Source of the DNA: a virus
Taxonomy: Duplodnaviria > Heunggongvirae > Uroviricota > Caudoviricetes
Direction: 5' to 3' (one strand)
IMG/VR virus record: IMGVR_UViG_3300028887_000066
Coordinates: 1 to 64,000 of that record
Length of the DNA stretch: 64,000 bases
The position numbers were made by a program, and so were the translations under genes. The notes beneath the pieces are model-generated. The model searched no databases and was not told the DNA's origin. It saw nothing but the letters and a program-made list of their open reading frames with translations. Below are positions 22,006-32,034 of this stretch, piece by piece (the stretch's first letter is position 1; each line of letters opens with the position of its first letter).

Positions 22006-22305
22006 TTATTTTTCAAATCTTTTATGAATTTCTTCTAAGTATCCTTCAAGTTCAAGGTATTTTGCAAGCCATCTAAAATTCCGATAAAACCATAGTTTGA
22101 ACTTTGTCAAAATTCTTATCCTCCACGCTTTCCTTTTTGTAAGAACGTTTCTCTTACCCTTCTCATATGTCACAAGCCGAATTATCTGACATATAATATA
22201 AACTATTATTTCGGTTATCATTATTACAAAATACCTAAATACATCAGATAATATAGGAAAAAGACTTGACCCGTAATACTTACTATTCAGCTTCTTATTG
22301 TTCAT
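22006..22305 (-). CDS. Small membrane protein
   Basis: 99 aa. Hydrophobic segment YFVIMITEIIVYIICQII. Its start overlaps the stop of the upstream gene. Confidence 0.5.
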   Translation of the reverse strand: MNNKKLNSKYYGSSLFPILSDVFRYFVIMITEIIVYIICQIIRLVTYEKGKRNVLTKRKAWRIRILTKFKLWFYRNFRWLAKYLELEGYLEEIHKRFEK

Positions 22306-24308
22306 TACCTTGCCTTTAAACGAACCCTAATGTCATTATCTGGGTTCTTTATCTCAAACATCTCATCAGACTCGCTATTCAGAATGTAATCAGATGCATC
22401 AAGGTCGATTTCAGACCTCACAGAATCAGTTTCCGATTCAATTCCTTCATTATCATAGCTTACATCAATAGTCTGTTGACTTATTTGCGTATTTGAATAA
22501 CCAACACCGTATTCGTTGTATACCCTTAAATCTATAAGATTAATAACACCGTCAACCTTTCCTATTTCTTTTTCCAAATCACTTATATAGATGTCCTCCC
22601 CCAATTCGTGACCATTAACGTCCATATAGTCCGTAATTGTTTTGATAACGCTTGTAAGAACGTCACTTGCGTTGTAATTCTTATTAAAATACAAATCAAC
22701 TTCGAATGACAAATTGACTATTCTTCCAGACTTGATTTCTACATAGTCATTAATGGTTCTATATCTTGACAAGTAATTCTGTATATTCGTTATCATCTCC
22801 GATGGCAATACATCACTAAGATGCCCCAAATGATCAATCAATAACAGATATATCATTATCTTGTTATTCTCCTCCACAGCACCGACCCTGAATGGGCAAC
22901 CATACCTTGCGGGCATAAGTTGGATTCTGTTCTCATAATCCTTAACTGTAACACACCTCTGTTGCGATGCATTATTATACTTTATCATCGCCTTTATCTC
23001 GTCCACCGTAGGAGCGTCTTTACCTGACACTGAAGGAATCGTATTAGTAGCCTCTATAGTCGTCAATATTGATGATGCGACATTCCTTTCATCAACAGTA
23101 ATCGGGGCTGTCTTATTCACGGCTTCAAGCGAAGTAATAGTCTTTATTGACCCCGTAGGCACATTAGATGCACGTCCACCACCTGACCGATAAAGTACAT
23201 ACATCGTAGTGCCTGCTCTCGGCAACCTTCCAAGAAAATTATTCCTTATCATCCTTGAAATCTGATAGTTTGAAAAATCTTTTCCTGCACTTGTATCCAC
23301 ATCTTGTCCTATCGGTTCGCCGCTTCCGAATATAATTTTCAAATATCCGTTATCCGTATATTCTGTAATAAACTTCTGTGTTATCGGATTCCATTTTCCC
23401 TTTGTTACGGAATATGTAGGCACATCCTGGCCTGTTGTCGAATTATAAAAGCCAAACTTATAAGTCATAGCTTTTCCATCAACCAATTCATCGCCCCATC
23501 TGTACTGATCAGTCAACGAATCTACCTCAAAGAAACGATAAACATCTGTTCCGCCCTCAGAATCACATGCATCGACAAACTCCGCTTCGGTCATAAATTC
23601 GCTTGTTGTCGGATCCGCCTGAAAGTTAGCACCGTCTTTGAATATTACGCTCTCAATACTCATTACATTCATTTCAGGTATGATAATTTCCATAAACGGA
23701 TATATTTGATTTGATGACAATGACATTTTGAATATCTTGCTGATACCAGCAGAGGCCGTACATGTTTTCGTAACCCTATAGCTTCTTACGTTGTTATTTG
23801 AATCGACCAAAGGTGTGATAGTCCTGTTACTCTCTCCAGCCTCATTGAACTGTTCTGAAAAATCAACAGTTTCATTCGTCTCAAAATATTGTCCATTAGA
23901 AGCTTTTAATCTTGTTCCCCTCTTTATTATTGGGGCAAACTTGAAGCTAGGCATACCAAGAGACGATGTTGAATTGGGATATGATGTACTTACTGGAAGC
24001 ATACAACTGAATTCAATTTCCGTAATAGCACCTTTCGGGCCAGGAACCTTAAATCCATTGCTTCTTGCCAATGCATATACAGAACTTGACTTCATCGCAG
24101 AATCCAAATTCGTTTCATTATATGCATTATCAATGTAATAACTGAGATTATCCCCTATTACGGCGGCTAAATCAATAAGCCAACTTCCAATAGACGCATC
24201 GGATAGGTTATTAGCTATCTCAGGATAATATTTTTTTGTATAATCCACGAGTTCCTGCTTATAGTCCTCGTAAGTCCTGCTCAAATATGAAATTTTCCTT
24301 TCAGACAT
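22305..24308 (-). CDS. Baseplate wedge protein, T4 gp6 / baseplate J-like
   Basis: Motifs SRTYEDYKQEL, DLAAVIGDNLSYYID, ARSNGFK, YRSGGGRASNV, SGKDAPTVDEIK and QQRCVTVKDYE are typical of gp6/J proteins. Confidence 0.85.
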   Translation of the reverse strand: MSERKISYLSRTYEDYKQELVDYTKKYYPEIANNLSDASIGSWLIDLAAVIGDNLSYYIDNAYNETNLDSAMKSSSVYALARSNGFKVPGPKGAITEIEFSCMLPVSTSYPNSTSSLGMPSFKFAPIIKRGTRLKASNGQYFETNETVDFSEQFNEAGESNRTITPLVDSNNNVRSYRVTKTCTASAGISKIFKMSLSSNQIYPFMEIIIPEMNVMSIESVIFKDGANFQADPTTSEFMTEAEFVDACDSEGGTDVYRFFEVDSLTDQYRWGDELVDGKAMTYKFGFYNSTTGQDVPTYSVTKGKWNPITQKFITEYTDNGYLKIIFGSGEPIGQDVDTSAGKDFSNYQISRMIRNNFLGRLPRAGTTMYVLYRSGGGRASNVPTGSIKTITSLEAVNKTAPITVDERNVASSILTTIEATNTIPSVSGKDAPTVDEIKAMIKYNNASQQRCVTVKDYENRIQLMPARYGCPFRVGAVEENNKIMIYLLLIDHLGHLSDVLPSEMITNIQNYLSRYRTINDYVEIKSGRIVNLSFEVDLYFNKNYNASDVLTSVIKTITDYMDVNGHELGEDIYISDLEKEIGKVDGVINLIDLRVYNEYGVGYSNTQISQQTIDVSYDNEGIESETDSVRSEIDLDASDYILNSESDEMFEIKNPDNDIRVRLKAR

Positions 24309-24314
24309 GATATA

Positions 24315-24707
24315 TTAAATCAATTTAACACCAAGCTCATTATTTTCGGTGGAATTACCGTTTTGCACACTGTATTTTAAATCAAGAAACACATGATGGT
24401 CGTCCTCATTGGCTATTACCTGAATATCAGTTAGATTAACATTCCTTACGTATCTGTTTACGGCGGAAATCGCCTCATTTCTGACACCATCCCATGTAAA
24501 TCCGTCATTTGGGTCGAATATGTATTTCGCAAGATTCGTTCCAAAGTCAGGCTTTCTTATTCTCGTTCTTACAGGTGTAAGTAATACATGCAATATCTCA
24601 CTTGCAACCTTATCACTCACCTTTTCATTAAGATCAAGGAATAAACCATCGTCATTATTATGCGTAAACGGGAATTTTATCCCATAGTATCTCTTAGTTA
24701 CTGCCAT
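24315..24707 (-). CDS. Baseplate wedge subunit, gp25-like
   Basis: GIKFPF...ILHVLLTPVRTRIRKPDFGTNLAKYIFDP is the gp25/GPW signature. Confidence 0.85.
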   Translation of the reverse strand: MAVTKRYYGIKFPFTHNNDDGLFLDLNEKVSDKVASEILHVLLTPVRTRIRKPDFGTNLAKYIFDPNDGFTWDGVRNEAISAVNRYVRNVNLTDIQVIANEDDHHVFLDLKYSVQNGNSTENNELGVKLI

Positions 24708-24729
24708 TTTTATCGAAATATTGCTTAAC

Positions 24730-24737
24730 TATAAATA
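24730..24737 (-). promoter_or_regulatory. Putative phage late promoter TATTTATA (gp25-like/baseplate operon)
   Basis: 22 nt upstream of the ATG at 24707. Confidence 0.7.
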
Positions 24738-24821
24738 CACACTTTATTAATTTCTCCATCATTACAAAAAACATAAAAAATTATATAAAAAAAGCAAGCA
24801 ATAATACTATTGCCTGCCTTA

Positions 24822-25223
24822 TTATCTCTTTATGCTTTCAGTCCATTTCCTAAATCCTATATTTCCCTTCAAAAACGATTCAGCCTCAAGCATTATCAGT
24901 TTCTTGTCGTCTGTTATCCTTTGCCCCTCATAAGCACCATTACCAAGCCTCCCCTCAATATTCTGCTTATGATGTATAAACTCGTGCGCCGCACTTCTAA
25001 GACAATCCTTAATCGCCCTTCCATTAGTGAATATTACCACTGTCTTATTTTCAGGGTCATAATATCCTGTACTTATCAGCACCTTCTCTTTTTGAGGCTT
25101 ATCATTCAATATGATTTTAGGGTACGGCTTAGATGTGTACCCATTTTCAATCATAAATTTAAGCAGGCTTGATATGTTTTCTTTATATAATTGAAACTGT
25201 GACTTATCCATTTCTATTAACAT
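24822..25223 (-). CDS. Small zincin-like metallopeptidase-domain protein
   Basis: HEXXH motif (AAHEFIHHKQ) with a downstream E (LEAES). The ATG at 25223 is preferred over the TTG at 25235 because a TATTTATA promoter motif abuts 25236. Confidence 0.6.
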   Translation of the reverse strand: MLIEMDKSQFQLYKENISSLLKFMIENGYTSKPYPKIILNDKPQKEKVLISTGYYDPENKTVVIFTNGRAIKDCLRSAAHEFIHHKQNIEGRLGNGAYEGQRITDDKKLIMLEAESFLKGNIGFRKWTESIKR

Positions 25224-25312
25224 CTTCTTTACCAATATAAATACCGCTGAACCAATAAAAAATGACCGACTACCACATTAAATAGTAATCGGTCAATAAA
25301 GCCTTACCTGTA

Positions 25313-25849
25313 TTATTTATCCAAAACGTCATTCAGCAAGAAATCAGACTCATTATTGAAATATTTTTTGGTATTTATTATCCTTTGGTTTTCAGAACCC
25401 CTAAAAGCCAATGTAATATTTCTTTTGGCTTCATCGTATTTCCCGTCAACAACGACATCTACTGCCTTGATTATTTTGATTCGCCATTCATTATCTGAAT
25501 TATCGGGGTCGATTCTGTCAAGGTCATATCCTGTATAAAGCCATATGTCTTTCATAGGGTAATTTTCCCTGAACCATAAAATTAACCTGTATAATTCTTG
25601 AAGACCTTCATCATCCTGACAAAGCGGATCACCACCAGAAAGCGTTAAACCGCTAATATACTCCTTATCAAGAATACCCTTCAATTTACCATATGTCTCA
25701 AGACTAATCCTCTCTCCTTGATTATGGTTCCAAGTCCACCTATTTTGACATCCTTTACAATGATGCCAACAACCTGACACCCACAATGTAGCTCTAACAC
25801 CAAGTCCGTTGTTAATGTCTGGCGACGTTATATCTAATACTCTTACCAT
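25313..25849 (-). CDS. nrdG: Anaerobic ribonucleotide reductase activating protein (radical SAM)
   Basis: NGLGVRATLWVSGCWHHCKGCQN (CxxxCxxC), GLTLSGGDPL and FRGSENQRII. Directly downstream of nrdD. Confidence 0.93.
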   Translation of the reverse strand: MVRVLDITSPDINNGLGVRATLWVSGCWHHCKGCQNRWTWNHNQGERISLETYGKLKGILDKEYISGLTLSGGDPLCQDDEGLQELYRLILWFRENYPMKDIWLYTGYDLDRIDPDNSDNEWRIKIIKAVDVVVDGKYDEAKRNITLAFRGSENQRIINTKKYFNNESDFLLNDVLDK

Positions 25850-25856
25850 AAGCCTA

Positions 25857-28466
25857 TCAGTTCTTAAAATGTTTCTTCCTCATTCCAAACTCCTGCTGTT
25901 TTCCCTTGTTAAAATGCTCTACAGTAGTCGAGAGATAACCCGTAATACGTCCTAACCTGATTATCTTCTCACATCCACATTTAGGACAGCATCCCTTTGA
26001 CTCATCATAGATAGGCTCACCGCAGCAAGCACACCTGTTCAAAGGTATATTGATGGCAAAATATGGTACGTCATGTTCCATAGCATAATCAACGACCTCT
26101 TCAACGGCATCAATATTATGATAACACTTTGCGGGCAATTCAACATATGTTATACACCCTCCTGTGCCATATTTTGTAAGTTTTGACTCAATATCAATTT
26201 TCTTGAATGCATCTAAATCGTGCCAAACAGGAACATGTATTGAATTTGTAAAGAACATCTTCTCAGTTCTCTCAAACTTAGGCTCACCGTTTTCATCAAC
26301 TGCCTGCACCAATCGACCCTCTTCATTCTCAACCATTACAGGCTCAATGGTATATGTCACATTCTCCTGTTCAAAACCCTTAAAGCGTTTCTTGAAATTC
26401 TTCATTGCTGTGTAGCAAAGATTCTCGGCAGGTGTATAGTAATTGGCGAAATTCAAACTATATTCCTTTTTGAATTCGTTGCTTTTCTCATCATACAGTT
26501 TTTCTATTTCCTCGGCTATTTCCAAGCCCTTTTCTGTCGTATGGTCAAATCCAAACAAGATAATCAATGCCTCAGCAACACCTAATTGTCCAAGAGTTAA
26601 TGTACCGCCTTTTAATGCAGAAATGATACCTTCTTCCTTATGGTAGCCCGCCATTGTTCCGTTTTCATACATAAATTTGGCCGCAGCAGGACTCTGTGAC
26701 GCAATATGATTAAACCTTTCGAGTAATGTATCCTTTGCCTCATAAAGTTTCTTTGTCAACAACTTAAAGAATTCATCATGATACATATGATATTTTTCTT
26801 CATCAGTTTCATCACCGTTCAGTTTCTTATCTACCTTCTGTTTTGTCATCATTGCCAAAGTAGGCAAAATGATGGTTACTGGACAGATATTTCCACGTCC
26901 ATCTTTCTGTGCGCCAGAAAAAACATCATCAATTTCATCATAGTTGCCATCAACAACACACTGTATGTTTCTCTTAAAGTTTTGTATAGCATTGATATTC
27001 AAACCGTTAGCTGTTCTACAACCCATTGTGCTAAAAAATTCAATAGGTCTTTCTTGCTGATCAACTTCGATGGTGTCACCATTTATTACAAGACCAAGTG
27101 TATAGGCAACATCAATATTATCTTTAAGATTAGCCAACAATTTAGCATAAGTATCATCATCAAGACTTGCGAGATATTCCCGTTTCATGTCCCTATCTTT
27201 ATTCACCCATGCAACCTGATTTGACCAATCACAATTTGCGTAATTAGGGTAGATTCTCATTGATGTCGATTTCAACGCAAGACGTTTCAAATCGTAGTTA
27301 GGTGTTCCAGGCTTGTCATTGATACCTTTCTTATATTGGAAAATTCCACATGGAAAAATAGATGTCACACCTTTACTTCCAAGACCTTCCATTGAAACCT
27401 CAAGGAGGGCCTTTGTCACCATTCTTCCTTCAAGCTCTGTACAAGTACCATAATTGATTGACGAGAATGGAAGTTGTGACCCTGAACGTGATTGAAGGGT
27501 GTTAAGGTTATGATACATACCCTCAACGGCCTGATATGTTTCACGCTTCGTATCATCAAGAGCCTTTTGACGAAGCTTTTTATCCAAATTCTTGTTAGCA
27601 AACTTGAAATCGCTGTCTTTAATGCCCGTTGTCAGATAGAATTCTGTTGTCTTATTAGTCACCCAATGCTTATATTCATCATAAGGCAAACTAAGAATGT
27701 CGAGGTCATAAAATTCGTCCAAATCCTTAATCCATTCCGCAATATAATGCTTACGATATGATTTACGGACAAATGGTATCATAGTCCAATCAAGATGACT
27801 TGCGGAAACCCCACCAAATTGCTGTAAGCTCTGCAATTGGAAAAGAACCGCCACCAACTGCATTGCCGTATTAACAGAACCCGCTGGACGCACATCTGTC
27901 TGACGTGTATTGAAACCTTTGTTAAGGGATTTATCCATCGGATAAGTCAGACAATTATGATCACCTATTCGATAGTGTCCTAAATCATGAATATAAACCT
28001 CATTATTCTCATGATTTTTCCTTGATGTCTTAGACATTAACTTTAACGCAATATTCTTAGACACAACTTCTGCTGTCTCCCCAAGTCTTCCACCAAAAGA
28101 TTCCTCATCAAGGTTAGCATTTTGGTTTTGGACGTTTGTTGCTGACAGTTTATCTTGAATTTGCTTTATCAAATCAGACTTCTGCTCACGTATCTCCTCA
28201 CGTTTACGTCGATAGTTTATAAATGACTCCACAACCTCGAATTTATTCCTCTTAATGAGTTCTTTCTGAATTACATCTTGAATTTCCTCAATTGGTGTTC
28301 CATCACCATTATTCTTGATGATTCGTTTCTCAACTGACTCCTTCAGTTGTTCAATAAACTTCTCAGGAACAGATTGACTAACAGAATTGAATGCCCTGTC
28401 CACCGCATCCATAATTTTCAAGAAATTATATTCCTGAGGTGTACCATCTCTTTTAATTACTTTCAT
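25857..28466 (-). CDS. nrdD: Class III (anaerobic) ribonucleoside-triphosphate reductase with ATP cone
   Basis: N-terminal ATP cone (MKVIKRDG), HNC, MGCRT, C-terminal Zn-binding cysteines and the RITGYL glycyl-radical loop. Confidence 0.95.
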   Translation of the reverse strand: MKVIKRDGTPQEYNFLKIMDAVDRAFNSVSQSVPEKFIEQLKESVEKRIIKNNGDGTPIEEIQDVIQKELIKRNKFEVVESFINYRRKREEIREQKSDLIKQIQDKLSATNVQNQNANLDEESFGGRLGETAEVVSKNIALKLMSKTSRKNHENNEVYIHDLGHYRIGDHNCLTYPMDKSLNKGFNTRQTDVRPAGSVNTAMQLVAVLFQLQSLQQFGGVSASHLDWTMIPFVRKSYRKHYIAEWIKDLDEFYDLDILSLPYDEYKHWVTNKTTEFYLTTGIKDSDFKFANKNLDKKLRQKALDDTKRETYQAVEGMYHNLNTLQSRSGSQLPFSSINYGTCTELEGRMVTKALLEVSMEGLGSKGVTSIFPCGIFQYKKGINDKPGTPNYDLKRLALKSTSMRIYPNYANCDWSNQVAWVNKDRDMKREYLASLDDDTYAKLLANLKDNIDVAYTLGLVINGDTIEVDQQERPIEFFSTMGCRTANGLNINAIQNFKRNIQCVVDGNYDEIDDVFSGAQKDGRGNICPVTIILPTLAMMTKQKVDKKLNGDETDEEKYHMYHDEFFKLLTKKLYEAKDTLLERFNHIASQSPAAAKFMYENGTMAGYHKEEGIISALKGGTLTLGQLGVAEALIILFGFDHTTEKGLEIAEEIEKLYDEKSNEFKKEYSLNFANYYTPAENLCYTAMKNFKKRFKGFEQENVTYTIEPVMVENEEGRLVQAVDENGEPKFERTEKMFFTNSIHVPVWHDLDAFKKIDIESKLTKYGTGGCITYVELPAKCYHNIDAVEEVVDYAMEHDVPYFAINIPLNRCACCGEPIYDESKGCCPKCGCEKIIRLGRITGYLSTTVEHFNKGKQQEFGMRKKHFKN

Positions 28467-28597
28467 AAAAATCTATTTTAGTGTAATCAATAATTACAGG
28501 CTCACTTTATTTTCTATAAAACAAATGGCATCAAAAAATCACACGAATTATGTAACTCTCTGATGCCCACGTTATTTTCACATATTCACATTTTTAT

Positions 28598-31114
28598 TTA
28601 GACAAAATTTGAATAGCGGTCATTAGCAGCCTTATTATCAGCATATTCATTATAGCCAAGCACGCTGTCAAATGGAATCATTTCGTCACAACTTATAGTA
28701 CATGTTCCGTTATTGAACTTAATACCGTTAAGCACAATTCCTGCCGAACCGCTTCTATTCTTCAATACAGCAAGAGTAGCTTTCTGATTCTTAATGTCAT
28801 CTACAGAACGAGCGATACTTACAACCACCTGTGCAATCTGCTGTTTCGTGAATGAACCTGCGCCTTGATCCATTGTTACAAGCTCTGATGTTACACTACC
28901 CCTATTGCCTTGCGTAGGTAGCCATATTGCAATATCAAGCTCTTTGGCAATTGTTTCAAATTTACGCATTGTCTTGGTTTCCTGCTCCCACTTCTGAAGA
29001 TTACCAGTACCCTTTTCATGGTTGATGCATTCAAAATAGTCGATAACAACCATATCAGGCTTGAATCCCTCATTTATCTTCTTCTTGATAAGCTGCTTGA
29101 TGTCGGTAGCTGAATATTCTCCTGTATTAAGCTGGATTATACGAATGTTATTCTTAATGTATTCCTTATCAGGATGGTTTTTAAGAATTTCACGTACCTT
29201 ATTCGTCGTTTCCTCTGTCTCATTCAGCTTACTCGTTTCAACTTGTGAAAGCCTTGAGAAATATTTCCTGTGAATATCCCTTGGGGAATCCTCAAATACA
29301 ATCTGTAAAATCTTATAACCCTTATTATCATTGGCTTCACATTTATATGCTGCCGCATAAGCCGATATACCAGTGGTCATTGAAGTATTATGGGTAACAA
29401 TAAAATCGTTTGTAAGATATAATTCATCTTCTGAATCAATTTTAATACATTGCCCATCACAAATTCTACTTGGTTCAACCGAATGAATAAAACGTTCACA
29501 TTTTCTTAATGTACGATAATGTACACGCTCTTGTTTCCTTTGTAATCTGAATATAGGTATCGATGGGTCACACAATGTTACAGTAACCTCATACTGAATT
29601 CCGCAATCGACTTTTTCGTTCAATTTTCGATTGAAGTAGTATGTTTTTTTCTCACGAATTTTTGCAAACCCTCCAAGAGAAAGAACAAGAAGCCTAACAT
29701 CTTCCGCCAATTGTTTTGATTTTGTATTGTAACAAGAACATCCGTTTTTCTGACAGGTTCCATCGGTATCCATAAGACCATTGAGTAGGGCAATACGGTT
29801 TTCTAATGAATTATAAAGATATTCTTTTGGAATATACTTGTTGTTAGAGTGATAAATTGTACTATCACCATTATATATAGCATCAAGTTTATTTATAAAC
29901 TCAGTACCAAAATATAAAGAATATGTACAATATCCATCTTTTCTATTATGGCATACCGTATTATGCTTATGCTTAGAAAGTAATGACTCAACTTCATTAA
30001 TATCTCTTTTTCCTACTGTCAAAACCCCTCTTTTAAAATACCCATCACCAATAAATGCTCCAAGCAGATACGGGTCTAAAATAATGGGCGTTTCATTAAA
30101 ATGTACGGCTTCAGACATAGGAACTTTAAAATTATGCCTTTTGTCATTTTTCCTAAACAAGCCCTTTTCCATTATTTCTTTAAGGCTTAAAACCCTAAAC
30201 GAATAATCAGGCTTATATATCTTATCATGTGCGTTTTTGGAAACACCAGGGACGTATTTCTTACCACTACGCTGATAAAAACTGTTTACGGCCCACAAAT
30301 GTTCTTTACCACATTCACAAGAAACACCATCAGAGAATGTTACACGATAGAATTGCCAATCTTTATGAGGGAATACACCGATTACATTATGTGCTTTACC
30401 GTCTCGGCCAATTACTTTATCACCGACCTTAATATCTCCCATATTTTTAAACCCATCAGGTGTAACTATCTGAGAATCAAATGGCTGCACTTTACCAAAA
30501 CTCGTCGGGCCCATTATCAAGCCGACCTTTCCTTTGTCAAGACCACCACCAAGACAATCATCAAGCTTTGAAATTCCCGTCGGAATAGTTACGACAGATT
30601 CCTTTGACAAATCTTCTTCAATGTTATCAAGAGGGGATGTCGTTTCTTCTGTCTTTCTTCCAATTGAGTTGGCCTGTTCAATAAGATGCTGGCATTCGTC
30701 ATACTTTGACATATCCCCATCACCTGCGATACGCCTGATTTCATTAGCCACACGAACCCAATTCTGCTGTTTGAAAAACTTCTCAGCCATATCCTCCACT
30801 TCCTCAATCCCCTCGGTGGTAAGGCTTTTCAGTTTTTTTATCGCCTCGTCGAAATACTGTATGTCATCCGTCGTAAATGATTTATCCCTCAATTTAATGG
30901 TAAGCATATCATACGATGCGGTAATGTCATATTTTGCATAGTATTCCTTCATAACGCCGACTATCGTTTTCAGATATGATTCGGTGAACATATTCTGGTC
31001 GATAATCGGGTAAAGGTCTTTAAAGAACTTGGGCTTTTCAATAAAAGCGGCGATGAGCTTATATTGAAAGTCAACGCCCAAGTATCCTAAATTATTCTTA
31101 ACAACTTTTGCCAT
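28598..31114 (-). CDS. dnaB: Replicative DNA helicase (DnaB / T4 gp41-like) containing an intein
   Basis: TIPTGISKLDDCLGGG, a Walker A GPTSFGK/T split by an intein, Walker B MVVIDYFE, PTQGNR and LKNRSG. Confidence 0.9.
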   Translation of the reverse strand: MAKVVKNNLGYLGVDFQYKLIAAFIEKPKFFKDLYPIIDQNMFTESYLKTIVGVMKEYYAKYDITASYDMLTIKLRDKSFTTDDIQYFDEAIKKLKSLTTEGIEEVEDMAEKFFKQQNWVRVANEIRRIAGDGDMSKYDECQHLIEQANSIGRKTEETTSPLDNIEEDLSKESVVTIPTGISKLDDCLGGGLDKGKVGLIMGPTSFGKVQPFDSQIVTPDGFKNMGDIKVGDKVIGRDGKAHNVIGVFPHKDWQFYRVTFSDGVSCECGKEHLWAVNSFYQRSGKKYVPGVSKNAHDKIYKPDYSFRVLSLKEIMEKGLFRKNDKRHNFKVPMSEAVHFNETPIILDPYLLGAFIGDGYFKRGVLTVGKRDINEVESLLSKHKHNTVCHNRKDGYCTYSLYFGTEFINKLDAIYNGDSTIYHSNNKYIPKEYLYNSLENRIALLNGLMDTDGTCQKNGCSCYNTKSKQLAEDVRLLVLSLGGFAKIREKKTYYFNRKLNEKVDCGIQYEVTVTLCDPSIPIFRLQRKQERVHYRTLRKCERFIHSVEPSRICDGQCIKIDSEDELYLTNDFIVTHNTSMTTGISAYAAAYKCEANDNKGYKILQIVFEDSPRDIHRKYFSRLSQVETSKLNETEETTNKVREILKNHPDKEYIKNNIRIIQLNTGEYSATDIKQLIKKKINEGFKPDMVVIDYFECINHEKGTGNLQKWEQETKTMRKFETIAKELDIAIWLPTQGNRGSVTSELVTMDQGAGSFTKQQIAQVVVSIARSVDDIKNQKATLAVLKNRSGSAGIVLNGIKFNNGTCTISCDEMIPFDSVLGYNEYADNKAANDRYSNFV
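29387..30490 (-). mobile_element. Intein (368 aa, class-3-like, Val1) with LAGLIDADG homing endonuclease
   Basis: Starts VQPFDSQIVTPDG and ends FIVTHN/T. Block B is GKEHLW and block F is GQCIKI. LAGLIDADG-like blocks are YLLGAFIGDG and LLNGLMDTDG. Confidence 0.9.
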
Positions 31115-31170
31115 TTCAAACTAATCTCCTTTTAATGGATTTATGTATAAATATGCGCAAAAAGTCATTA

Positions 31171-31971
31171 TCAACGTCTCTTGAAATATTCCAAGGTCTT
31201 CTTACGCACTTGACCCTCGACAGTCCTATAATATTTGTTATTAAGACGACGATAGCTCAGGTCATATGTCTTATCACCATAATCAACATATGTACCATAG
31301 TTATTCACATCATCATAGCTGCATACGCTGCAAAGCTCCTTCACAAGAACAGGAATCAAATCCTCACGAGCCTCAATAAACTCATCAATCACAGAACGTT
31401 CCACTGGCATAAACACACCTTCCGCCTTGTACTTGTTCTTTGAGTTGGAAATGTCTATATTTGTCCTGATAAATCGTGGATAAATGCTTCCATCCCAAAC
31501 CTTTGAGCAAACTTCTCGACCATTGTCACGGAATGAGAACTTCAATATACAAGGTTGCTCATTTTCTTTATCGGCAACATAGTCAGCCTTGTTAAAATTC
31601 TTCTCATAAACTGACATTTCGTTGCCATCCCACACATAAGTCACGTCAGAATTACGCAATACAACATAAATAGGACGCTCAAACTTCTCCCCACGGTGCT
31701 TTTTAGCCCATGCCTCCATCTCTTTCTCATCCTCAAGTACCTGAGGAGCCGTGCTGTACAAATAAATTCCTGTCTTGGCTTTCAAATCCTGATCGATGAG
31801 ATAGACACAGTGGTCAATTGTCTCAATTAAATCGAGGGAACTGTATGCCTCGCGCTTGAATCCGTTGATTCGGAAATATCTCTGACAAATTATATTGTCA
31901 TTAATTGTCAGGATAAACTCAAATTGCTCCCTTTTGGAAGCGGCTGTTTCATTTACTGTCTTCTCGACCAT
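31171..31971 (-). CDS. Hypothetical protein in the replication block
   Basis: 266 aa between the exonuclease and helicase genes, with its own TATATTTG promoter element. Confidence 0.7.
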   Translation of the reverse strand: MVEKTVNETAASKREQFEFILTINDNIICQRYFRINGFKREAYSSLDLIETIDHCVYLIDQDLKAKTGIYLYSTAPQVLEDEKEMEAWAKKHRGEKFERPIYVVLRNSDVTYVWDGNEMSVYEKNFNKADYVADKENEQPCILKFSFRDNGREVCSKVWDGSIYPRFIRTNIDISNSKNKYKAEGVFMPVERSVIDEFIEAREDLIPVLVKELCSVCSYDDVNNYGTYVDYGDKTYDLSYRRLNNKYYRTVEGQVRKKTLEYFKRR

Positions 31972-32024
31972 CTTCTAAAATTATTTAAATGGTTAAACAC
32001 TATTGTTTACTTAAAATCTTTTCT

Positions 32025-32032
32025 CAAATATA
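32025..32032 (-). promoter_or_regulatory. Bacteroidota-type promoter element TATATTTG
   Basis: Upstream of 31971. The same word occurs at 34555, 36994 and 39065. Confidence 0.65.
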
Positions 32033-32034
32033 CA

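Noticed and set aside
25857-28466. Intron or intein in nrdD
   Set aside because: The ORF is continuous with all motifs and no Hint-domain signatures. The extra length comes from small insertions.
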